Part shown: piece by piece, positions 52,601-64,000 of the stretch
How the letters are laid out: each line of letters begins with the position of its first letter
Numbering within the stretch: the stretch's first letter is position 1
Assembly (NCBI GenBank): GCA_964035545.1
Contig: OZ037771.1
Location: 9,603,408 to 9,667,407 of the forward strand
DNA length: 64,000 nt
Direction of reading: 5' to 3'
Source: Bugula neritina
Taxonomy: Eukaryota; Animalia; Bryozoa
Program-made: the position numbers and the translations under genes
Notes under the pieces: generated by a model
Seen by the model: only the letters and a program-made list of their open reading frames with translations
Database searches by the model: none
Told to the model about the DNA's origin: nothing

Positions 52601-55600
52601 TCCTGAAGCACAGGACAAGGCTGCTTTCATAACGCGGGATGGGCTCTGGAAATGGAAGGTGTTGCCATTCGGACTTACGTCCGCACTGGCCACCTTTCAG
52701 CGACTCATGGAGCAGGTCCTGAGTGGGCTGCACTGAAAGACCTTGCTCATCTATCTCGATGATGTCATTGTCATCTCCCCCGACTTTGACACACATGTCA
52801 GTCGACTCAGGGAGGTGTTTGACAGGCTTCGAGCTGCTGGTCTGAAACTCAAGCCCTCTAAGTGTGCATTACTGCAACGCGAGGTCAAGTACCTGGGCCA
52901 TGTAGTTGGTCGAGATAGGGTCGCCACCGTCCTCGAGAAGGTACGGGCTGTGAGGGACTGGGCCGTCCCTGTCGACCTCCCAGAATGGCGGGCATTCCTG
53001 GGACTGGTAGGGTACTATCGTCAGTACATACCAGACTTCGCCGGAATTGCACAGCCGTTAAATCGGCTGACAGCAAAGGGGGTGCGCTGGCAGTGGACAC
53101 AGGCCGAGCAGAAGGCATTTGACCACCTGAAGGGTCGCCTGGTGGAAGCACCCATCTTGGCGTATCCTGACCCTGCGAAGGAGTACATTTTGGATACTGA
53201 TGTCAGTAACCATAATGTGGGGGCTGTGCTGTCGCAAGTCCAAGATGGTCGCGAGGTGGTGGTGGCTTACTGTAGCAAAGCCCTGTCGGCGCCTGAGAAG
53301 AACTACTGTACAACCAGGAGGGAACTCTTGGCAGTAGTCAAGGCGGTCAAACACTTTAGACCATATCTATATGGGCGCACATTCCGGCTTCGGACGGACC
53401 ATGCGTCTTTGATATGGCTGTGTCGACGGGCAGAACCATCAAGCAAAGTAGCGCGCTGGCTAGAGATCCTGGCAGAGTTTTCTTATCGGATCGAACACCG
53501 ACCCAGTAGGAAACACGGTAACGCCGATGGACTCAGCCGCCGCCAGGCAGATGGGTGTAAGCAGTGCCAGATTATTGAGCGCAGGGATGGTGAACCACTC
53601 GCTCGGACGTTGAAGCGCAGTTGGGGAAAGCGGGTGTATACAGCTGGAAAAAGGACAACTCCTGTCCGAATCCCCTAACGAAGCTGTTAACAACCTTCAC
53701 GCAAACCCCACGCTGCTCAGGAACGTCAGGGAGCTATGTCGGCTCCAGGCTACGCTACCAGGGGTGGTAGCTGACCTAGTCCGGGCCAAGAAAGAGGGAC
53801 GGCGGCCGAGTGAGGCCGAACAACGAGTGAAAAGTACAGAGTTTAAGTACTTCTGTGACCGCTGGGACTCCCTCAGGTTCAACAGCGATGGGCTGCTAAC
53901 GATCACGTTGGCAGCCGGCACCAATCGCAGTGAACGAGAGAGGGTAGTCTGCCCGTCCGCTCTGAGGCGGGAGTTGATCTGGGACACCCATAGGCAAGCT
54001 CACGCGGGAGCAAGCTGGGTGACTAGGTGTCTTCAACTCCAGTGGTTTTGGCCCGGTATGACCCGGGATGTCCGACTCCGGGTGCGGAAGTGCGAGGTAT
54101 GCCAAGCTAGCAAGCATGGCCGCCCCACTGAAACCGCAGGGAGGCGTCGCCTCCATGCCGGTCGTCCGTGGCAGGTAGTTGCTGTCGATCTGGTAGGCCC
54201 CATGCCCACAACAGTGAGAGGTAATAACTGGATACTGGTATTAACTGACCATTTCACGCGGTGGGCTGATGCACTGGCTATTCCAGATGCATCGGCCCCC
54301 TCGGTGGCCAGAGCCTTGGATCAGCAGGTGTTCTGTTAATTCGGCTTGCCGGAACAGATACACTCTGATCAAAGCACCCAGTTTCAGTCGCAAATTATGA
54401 GCGATCTCTGTAAAATGTGAGAGGTAAACCAGAGTCGGACGACCCCGTATCACCCGCAAGGGAACGGGGTTGTGGAGCGGAACAACCGAATGCTAGGGGA
54501 CTCTCTGAGAAGCCTGCTGATCGGTAGGAGCCAGGAAGAGTGGGACTTGGTGCTGCTGCAGATCATGCGAGCGTACCGTAGTACCCCTCCATCCAGTACA
54601 CTGGAGACCCTTAATTTTCTCATGCTAAGGAAAGAAACCAGGGTTCCTGAGCACGTAACCTATCATGTTCCGGCTCCCGAGAGCAACGTCCACGATTACG
54701 TGGACGAACTCGTTAAACGCATGGGGACAGCTCAGGAGGTGCTACGTGAGCAGCAATGGCAGGTCAAAAGTGGTGACTCTGACGACCCCCCCTTATACAA
54801 GGTGGGAGACTGGGTCTGGATGACCAGTCATCGCCGGCGGCGCGGACAGGCAGCCAAGTTGCAGCCGAAGTTCGTAGGTCCCTACTGCGTGATCGAGGTG
54901 ATGCCAAATCACACCTACAAAGTGGAACGGTCTGGACAAGTGTCAGCCCAGAACGAATCACGGCTGAAACCTCACTGGGCGAGTCCTGATGCAGCAGGTC
55001 AAGCACCTCCCCTCTTAGAGCCCGCTAGACGCCCGCCTATGAGGGGGCGAGGCATGGCGTATAGAGAGGTTGAGGAGACACTGCAAGATCAGGACAGGGC
55101 GGCTGACGCGCCGCCCGACCCGGCCCGGCCACCTCCACCCCAGGAGGAGGAGGCCGACACACCAGAAGACCTGTCAGAGCCAGCCCCACCACCTGTGGAG
55201 CCGGTCGACAGGCCCATCGCCCCGGATGAGATTGACATTCCTCAAAATCATGAGGAAGAGGCAGCTGGGGGAGGACCACCCGTACTGGTGGACCCCCCCG
55301 TACTGGCGACACCACCCGTGGTGGAAGAGCCACCAGTCGTAGCAAATTCCCCAGTGCAGTTGGAGCGTAGGCAACGCACTAGGGCGCCTCCATCTTATTT
55401 AAAAGATTTCTTGTGTGATGCAGTGGAAAAACATCCATCAGCTCTCATAAAAGAAATCTGGGGAGACGAGCAATTGAGAGTTGCATTTCCAAAATATAAG
55501 GAGACGCAACTGTGAGTTGCGTACCCAGTGGTGTAAATATAAACACTACCGGGGGTAAAGAAAAGAGCAAAGCCAGCTCGCTAGTGAAGGGGGTATTATG

Positions 55601-57199
55601 CAATCACTTTCACTGCGAAGAGCGTTTTTTTCTATTTCAACTGCCAACGTGCACGCATGTACTTGGCAGGCTGGCGTACTACGTAGCCTAAGTGGGCAGC
55701 AGACTAACGTCGTGGCTGTTTTATGGTAAGTCTACTAGTATAATTCTAATAATTAAGTAGAATTCAAGCTGGTAGCTTAAATCAGTCTCGCTTTATCATA
55801 ACGATAAAGCTAGTTTCCAAAGTCAGGTGATTCACTGACGACTTGAGTGAGGCAGTCGACCGCATGATTTAATAATAATCAGTGGTTAGTAGATTGCGAG
55901 ACTCAGTCGAGGTGTCGTACTGACAGGTGCAAACCCCTTCAACAGTTTCTGGCATTCTGTTGCAGGTGAGACTTTAATGGCGGAGCATAATTCTTTCTCC
56001 TGGCACCACCGTCGCGCAGTCACCCATCATTCATTACGTTACTTTTCGACGCGATGCTGACTGTTTGACTTGCTTCTTGGAGTGCCATAATAGCAATTCT
56101 GGTGACTGTCGTGGCGGATGGTGCCTTACAACAGCAAGGTGCAGAGAGGCAACTAAACAGAGGAGTTCTTCTCTCTTCTCGTCCTGGCGATGACGTATCG
56201 ACATAATAATACTGCAATGAGGGATACAACTAGACAGAGCAGTTCTTCTCTCTTCTCGTCCTGATGACGACGTACCGACGTAATAATAATAAGAAGTAAC
56301 AAGTAATATTAAAGAATCCTGCATGAAGTAATAATTAAATATAAAAGTCAAGATGAAGAAGCCTTAAATTCCCCCCTTTGGGAATTCGACGGTGATTAGT
56401 GTGGATGCTAGTATTCGACACGACCCTCTAAAAAGAGACCAACAACCCCCCTTTCTTCTCCCCCCTTTGGAGAGATTCCTTTGCCACGCTTGATTCTTCT
56501 GGGGGCTTGTCGAGGCCACCCATTGCTGTGTTCGGACTATGTGAATGTGATACAGTATATCTCCTTCCCTCCCTATGTTTATGCTGCCTTACATTATCTG
56601 GTGAGAGACACTCGACCCTGCGACGGATCATGATCGATCGTCTTGTTAATATTGTAAATCACTTTGATTATGTTATTTTGTGTCCTCTTATTCCTGTTTA
56701 CTTTTTAATCTTTTATTTTATTTTTAATGTTGTCATGCAAGCCTTAATTATAGAGTGTACCTTTCGATAGGTGTGGAGAGTGTAATGGATTTCAGTGGTG
56801 CAATTTATTGTTAGTTATTATATCGAAAGAGTCGACTCTATACTGTATGCTATTGTGGAGATCGACTACATCAACCTCCAGCGACTTGTAGCTATGGCCA
56901 ACAGTGGCACCACTAGTAACAACCAATCAGGACTGATGCACTAATTGATAGCAGGTGGAGCTAGCTACTCGTAGTGGAAGCGGGCTGAATAGTTAGCCAG
57001 GCAGAGCAGCTTAGGACTTCGTTTAGAGTAGTTGTGTATAAAGCTCACTTATTATGTAATCGTTTCAATTCATGTTAGCAGTAAATAAAACTTCTTGTAT
57101 CTTGTAATAGATATACTTATCATAGCGTAAACAACCTGGTGTAGTGGCTTTGTTTAAGTCGACCCACACATAATATAGTGAATTGTAAAATTCACTACA
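49645..57199 (+). mobile_element. Full-length Ty3/Gypsy element G4 (related but distinct family) in the BEL 5' UTR; LTRs 49645-50063 and 56781-57199; gag ~50197-50990, pol to 55515 with several stops
   Basis: Highly similar LTR pair, tRNA-Leu PBS, FLLDTG, YLDD, RNase H, integrase, FVGPY; flanks GAAT/TAAT (3 of 4 match). Confidence 0.96.
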
Positions 57200-58193
57200 T
57201 AATTTTCATAAAAAATTTGCTCACTAATTTGCTACCGCCTATTGCAGCAGAGACAAGACAAGAATGACAAGTGATGAGAGATGATTGAAGAAACCTTATA
57301 TGTGACGAGTAGGTTATGATGATTAATGTCGGCCAATATCAAAAAAATGTCCCGAATTATTCCACTAGCTTTGTGATTTCACTATTACAGTTACTGATTT
57401 TACAGTGATTTAAACAAATGAACACTAATTCAGCCTAGTTATATTTAGCTTAACAAAAACAAGATTATAAAAAGAAGTGTTGATGTGCTATTACTTAGTT
57501 TAGGTGATTATGGTATGTAAGAAACTCAAGTGTTGTAGATATAATGATACGTTAAAACAACTTATCAATCGAGTTAGTTGTTTGTTGACTGCTGGCTCTG
57601 TCTGCATAGTTCTGATGTCTGATGCTGTGCTAGTTGTAGAAATGATGTACTGGTGATGATAATTGAAACTGAGTACATACAGGAACTGAAACTGGATCCT
57701 TACTGGCTTTATAGTTTGTTTGCTTGGTTGATTTTTTAAGTACTCTACTTCAAGGTAATAAATTGCAGCAGGGTTTGTGTCTCCTTGGTAAAGGCAACAA
57801 CTGTTAAGAACTGGTCTTTTCAATAATAGGTAGAGTTTTGCTGGAAGGTCTGCCCCAGTTTAATTAGAACAGGTTGCACTGCTGGATTTATGCTGATGTT
57901 TATTGAAACTAACTGGTAACCAACGTGAAACTACAATAATAAAATTTAATAATAGAGATATTGATGAACAGAAAAATTAAACATAAAACATTACCAATGG
58001 TCAAAATACCTCTATTACTCTTCCTGGGAAAAGTTGAAATTAAATGTATAAATTTGTGATAGTGAAAGGTTGATAAAAAATCAAAAATGACTGGTGAGAA
58101 TTACAACAGTCAGCGGAGAAAAGCATAAGACTCTGGAATGAAGAATAAAACACCTCAGCTATTATAATTCCTGGCTACAAGCTATAAAAAGCT

Positions 58194-61100
58194 TAGCACT
58201 TTTGGGCATGTTTTAGCACCTTTGGGCAGTGTTAAGCACACTAAGTCTACTATTAGCATTATTGGGCACGTTTCAGAATCCCTGGGCACTTATTGATACT
58301 AGTATAATATTTCGCTCAATTTAGCACATTTAGGCATGTTTTAGCACATTTGGGCACTGTTAAGCACAGTAGTTCTACTATTAGCATTATTGGGCACGTT
58401 TCAGAATCCCTGGGCACTTATTGATACTAGTATATTATTTCGCTCAATTTAGCACATTTAGGCATGTTTTAGCACATTTGGGCACTGTTAAGCACAGTAG
58501 TTCTACTATTAGCACTAATGGGCACGTTTCAGAACCTCTGAACACTTATTGGTACAATTGCCATATTTGGCATGTTTTAGCACATTTTGGCATGTTTTAG
58601 CACATTTTGGCATGTTTTAGCACATTTAGGACCTGTTGGCACATTTGTTCCGTTTGTAGCATTATTGGACACGTTTCAGAACCCCTGGGCACTTATTGAT
58701 ACTAGTATAATATTTGGCTCAATTTAGCACATTTAGGCATGTTTTAGCACATTTGGGCACTGTTAAGCACAGTAGTTCTACTATTAGCACTATTGTGCGC
58801 GTTTCAGAATCTCTGGGCACTTATTAGTACTAGTAGTATATTTGGCTCAATTTAGCACATTTGAGCATGTTTTAGCACATTTTTGCACGTTTTAGCAGAT
58901 TTGGGCACTGTTAAGCACATTTGTTCTGTTTGTAACACTATTGGGTGCATTTCAGTACTTTTGTGCACTTATTAGTACTATTAGCTTAATTGGTTCAATT
59001 TAGCACATTTGAGCATGTTTTAGCACATTTGGGCATGGTTGAGCACAGTAGTTCTACTAATAGCACTATTGTGCACGTTTCAGAATCTCTGTGCACTTAT
59101 TAATACTAGTAGTATATTTGGCTCAATTTAGCACATTACGGCATGTTTTAGCACATTTTGGTAGTTTTAGCACATTAGGGGATGTTTTAGCACATTTTGG
59201 CATGTTTTAGCACATTTGGGCACTGTTAGCACATTTGTTCTGTTGGTAGCACTATTGGGTGCGTTTCAGAACCTCTGGGCAATTATTGGTACTAGTAGTA
59301 TATTTGGCTCAATTTAGCACATTACGGCATGTTTTAGCACATTTTGGTAGTTTTAGCACATTTGGGCACTGTCAAGCACATTTGTTCTGTTTGTAACACT
59401 ATTGGGTGTGTTTCAGTACTTCTGTGCACTTATTGGTACTATTAGCATATTTGGCTCAATTTAGCACACATGGGCATGTTTTAGCACATTTGGGCGTGTT
59501 TTAGTACATTTGGGCACTGTCAAGCACATTTGCTCTGTTTGTAGCACTAATGGGTGCGTCTCAGACCCTCTGGGCACTTATTGGTACAAGTAGTATATTT
59601 GGCTCAATTTAGCACAATTGGGCATGTTTTAGCCCATTTGGGCACTGGTGAGCACAGTAAATCTACTATTAGCAATATTGGGCGCGTTTCAGCACCGCTG
59701 GGCACTTATTGGCGCTATTAGCAAGTTTGGCTCAATTTAGATCATTTGAGCATGTTTTAGCACATTTTAGCTTGTTTTAGCACATTCGGGCACTGTTAAG
59801 CACATTTGTTCTGTTTGTAGCACTATTGGGTGCGTTTCAGAATCTCTGGGCACTTATTGGCACTAGTAGTATATTTGGCTCAATTTAGCACATTTTGGCA
59901 TTTTTTTGCACATTGGGGCACTGTTAAGCTCTTTTTTTCTGTTTGTAGCGCTATTGGGTGCGTTTCAGTACTTCTGGGCACTTATTGGTAGTGTTAGCAT
60001 ATTTGACCTAATTTAGCACATTTGGGCATGTTTTAGGACATTTGGGCACTGTGGAACACAGTAGTTCTACTATTAGCACTATTGGATGCGTTTCAGTACT
60101 TCTGGGCACTAACTAGTATTATTAGCATATTTGACTTAATTTAGCACATTTGGGCATGTTTTAGGACATTTGGGCACTGTGAAACACAGTAGTTCTACTA
60201 TTAGCACTATTGGGTGTGTTTGAGTACTTCTGTGCACTTATTGGTACTATTAGCATATTCGTCTCAATTCAGTACATTCGGGCATGTTTTAGCACATTGA
60301 GGAATGTTCTAGCACATTTTTGCAGTGTTAAGCACACTAGTTCTACTATTAGCACTATTGGGCACGTTTCAGAACCTCTGGGCACTGAATGGTACTATTA
60401 GCATATTTGGCTCAATTAAGCACACTTAGGCATGTTTCAGCCCATTTGGCAATGTTTTTGCAGATTTGGGCACTGTTAAGCACCCTAGTCCTACTATTAG
60501 CACTATTGGGCATGTTTCAGAACCTCTGGGCACTAATGGGTACTATTAGCACAATTGGCTCATCGTAGCACATTTGGGCACGTTTGAGCACTGTTGAGCA
60601 CACTTGTTCTACTTTTAGCACTATTCGACACGTTTCAGAACCTCTGGGCGCTTATTGGTGCTATAAGTGTAATTGGCTCGATTTAGCACATTTGGGCACA
60701 TTTGGGCACATTTGGGCACTGTTAAGCGCACTAGATCTACTATTTGCACTATTGGGCACATTTCAGAACCCCTGGGCGCTTATTGGTGTTATTAGTATAT
60801 TTGGCTCAATTTAGCACATTTGGGCATGTTTTAGCACATTTGTGCACTGTTAAGCACACTAGTTCTACTATCAGCACTATTGGGCACGTTTCAGAACCTC
60901 TGGGCACTAATAGGTACTATTAGCGTGTTTGGCTCAATTCAGAACATTTTTGCATGTTTTAGGACATTTGGGCATGTTTTAGCCCAATTGGGAATGATTT
61001 AGCAGATTTGGGCACTGTTAAGCACACTAGTCCTGCTATTAGCATTATTGGTAAGTTTAAGGACCTCTGGGAGCCTATTGGTGCTATTAGTGTGATTCGC

Positions 61101-64000
61101 TTAGATCATTAGAGCATGTTTTAGCCCATTTTGGGCGCAGTTGAGCACAGTAGTTCTACTAATAGCACTAATGTCCGCGTTTCAGAATCTCTGGGCACTT
61201 ATTTGTACTATTAGCATGTTTGGCTCAATTTAGTACATTTGGGCACGTTTTAGCCCATTTTGGAATGTTTTAACAGATTTGGGTACTGTTAAGCACACTA
61301 GTCCTAATATTAGCAGTATTTTGCGCGTTTCAGAATTTCTGCACACTAATAGGTACTATAAGCACCATTGGCTCAAATTAGCACAATTGGGCATGTTTTA
61401 GCACGTTTTGGCACTGTTGAGCACACTTGTTCTGGTTTTGGCACTATTGGGCAGGTTTCAGAACTTCTGAGCACTAAAAAGTACTGTTAGCATGTTTGGC
61501 TCAATCTAGCACATTTGGGCATGTTTTAGCACATTTGGGCACTGTTAAGCACACTAGTCCTAATATTAGCACTATTGGACATGTTTCAGAACCTCTGGAC
61601 ACTAATAGGTACTATTAGGACCATTGGCTCAATTTAGCACATTTGGGCATGTTTTAGCTCGTTTTGGCACTTTTGAGCACACTTGTTCTAGTTTGAGCAC
61701 TATTGGGTAGTTTCAGAATTTCTGGGCACTTATTGGTACTATTAGCATATTTGGCTCAATTTAGTACATTTGGCTCAATTTAGTACATTTGGGCATGTTT
61801 TAGCACATTTGGGCATGTTTCAGAACCTCTGGGCACTTATTGGTACTATTAGCATATTCGGCTCAGTTTAGTACATTTGGGCATGTTTTACCCCATTTGG
61901 GCACTGTTGAGAACACTAGTTCTACTATGAGCACTATTGGGCACATTTCGGAACCTGTCGGCACTTATTGGTACAGTTACCATAATTGGCTCAATTTAGA
62001 ACATTTGGGCATGTTTTAGCCCATTTGGGAATGTTTTAGCAAGTTTGGGCACTGTTAAGCACACTAGTCCTAATATTAGCACTATTTGGCACGTTTCAAA
62101 TATTCTGCGCACTAATAGGTTCTATTAGCACAATTGGCTCATTTTAGCACATTTGGGCATGTTTTAGCACGTTTGGGCACTATTGAGCACACTTGTTCTA
62201 GTTTTGGCACTATTGGGCATGTTTCAGAACTTCTGGACACTAATAGGTACTATTAGGACCATTGGCTCAATTTAGCACATTTGGGCATGTTTTAGCATGT
62301 TTTGGCACTGTTGAGCACACTTGTTCTAGTTTTGGCACTATTGGGTCCGTATCAGACCTTCTGTTCACTAAAAGGTACTATTAGCATATTTGGCTCAATT
62401 TAGTACATTTGGGCATGTTATAGCCCATTTGGGAATGTTTTAGCAGATTTGGGCACTGTTGCGCACAAAAGTTCTACTATCCGCACTATTGCGCACATTT
62501 CAGAAGCTCTGGGCACTTATTGGTACTATTACCATCTTTGGCTCAATTTAGTACATTTGGGCATGTTTTTGCCCAATTGGGCACTGTTGAGCACACTTGT
62601 TCTAGTTTTAGCACTATTGGGCACGTTTCAGAACTTCTGGGCACTTATAGGTACTATTAGCATATTTGGCTCAACTTAGTACATTTGGGCATGTTTTAGC
62701 CCATTTGGGCACTGTTGAGAACACCAGTTCTACTATGAGCACTATTGGGCACGTTTCGGAACCTGTGGGCACTTACTGGTACTATTACCATGTTTGGCTC
62801 AATTTAGTACATTTGGGCATGTTATAGCCCATTTGGGAATGTTTTAGCCGATTTGGGCACTGTTAAGCACAATAGTTCTACTATCAGCACTATGTGGCAC
62901 ATTTCGGAACCTCTGGGCACTTATTGGCACTATTACCATGTTTGGCTCAATTTAGTACATTTGGGCATGTTTTTGCCCAATTGGGCACTGTTGAGCACAC
63001 TTGTTCTAGTTTTAGCACTATTGGGCACATTCCAGAACTTCTGGGCACTTTTTGGTACTATTAGCATATTTGGCTCAATTTAGTACATTTGGGCATGTTT
63101 TAGCCCATTTGGGAATGTTTTAGCAGATTTGTGCACGGTTAAGCACCCTAGTCCTATTATTAGCACTATTGTGCAAGTTTAGGAACCTCTGGGCGCTTAT
63201 ATGTGCTATTTGTGTATTTTGCTCAAATTAATACATTTGGGCATGTTTTAGTTAATTGGGGAATCTTTAGCAGATTTGGGCACTGTTAAGCACACTAGTC
63301 CTAATATTAGCACTATTTGGCACATTTCGGAACCTGTGGGCACTTATTGGTACTATTACCATAATTGGCTCAATTTAGAATATTTGGGCATGTTTTAGCC
63401 CATTTTGGAATGTTATAGTAGGTTTGGGCACTGTTAAGCACACTAGTTCTACTATTAGCACTATTCTGCACGTTTCTGAACCTGTGGGCACTTATTGGTA
63501 CTATTAGCATATTTGGCTCAATTTAGTACATTTGGGCATGTTTTCGCCCATTTTGGAATGTTTTAGCAGATTTGGGCACTGTTAAGCACACTAGTCCTAA
63601 TATTAGCACTATTTGGCACGTTTCAAATATTCTGCGCACTAATAGGTACTATTAGCACAATTAGCTCAATTTAGCACATTTGGGCATGTTTTAGCACGTT
63701 TGGGCACTATTGAGCACACTTGTTCTAGTTTTGTCACTATTGGGCATGTTTCAGAACTTCTGGACAATAATAGGTACTATTAGGACCATTGGCTCAATTT
63801 AGCACATTTGGGCATGTTTTAGCACGTTTTGGCACTGTTGAGCACACTTGTTCTGGTTTTGGCACTATTGGGCATGTTTCAGAACCTCTTGGCAATTATT
63901 GGTATTATTAGCATATTCGGCTTAATTTAGTACATTTGGGCATGTTTTAGCCCGTTTGAGAATGTTTTAGCAGATTTGTGCGCGGTTAAGCACCCTAGTC
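58194..64000. repeat. Complex satellite: ~128-bp monomers (variants +20 bp) built from ~10/20-bp subunits TTAGCACATT-TGGGCATGTT; runs off the window
   Basis: Equivalent positions at 58253, 58381, 58509; near-identical blocks 404 bp apart (62449/62853). Confidence 0.95.

Larger units (their letters stand above)
39795..58193 (-). mobile_element. Decayed BEL/Pao LTR retrotransposon: gag-pol ~49605 to 40379, 3' LTR ~40364-39795, partial 5' LTR ~58193-57825; three nested insertions
   Basis: FSGDPLKYQDW gag, CCHC knuckles, ALVDSMSDTT protease, GDIERMFHQ/FYVDD RT, LHTFADASTVGYG RNase H, GIDCFGPF integrase; direct repeat 39798-40161 vs 57850-58193; PPT-like AGGTTGGAG before TG at 40364. Confidence 0.88.

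Noticed and set aside
56255-56300. Hammerhead ribozyme (CTGATGA core)
   Set aside because: No properly placed GAAA and stems; the tandem copy lacks the motif.
58194-64000. CRISPR-like array or repetitive protein ORFs
   Set aside because: Contiguous degenerate tandem repeats with no unique spacers and no cas genes; eukaryotic context; ORFs are short repeat translations.

Overview
AT-rich animal (invertebrate-like) nuclear DNA; the host species cannot be determined from the sequence. The first ~20 kb holds three spliced host genes that the ORF track misses: the last three coding exons of GEMIN8 (+), a complete 7-exon gene for a 288-aa ER-luminal EF-hand protein ending in KDEL (-), and TRAPPC1 (-), whose introns carry a partial exon duplication, an inverted duplication, a solo LTR, MITEs and nested LINEs. 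From ~20 to ~58 kb is a transposon nest: four Ty3/Gypsy elements (a fifth ends at base 1165), and a BEL/Pao element interrupted by two CACAG-ended DNA transposons and by one of the Gypsy elements. A ~128-bp satellite fills 58.2-64 kb. Most notable: four of the five Gypsy copies carry, at the env position, an extra non-Env gene (C2H2 zinc finger, Arg/Ser-Pro tract, coiled coil). In the two copies that retain its 5' end it is split by a conserved, same-phase, sense-strand GT-AG intron with apparent conserved RNA structure, and candidate upstream splice sites suggest a multiply spliced regulatory mRNA like those of complex retroviruses. All copies here are mutated, so function is inferred, not shown.
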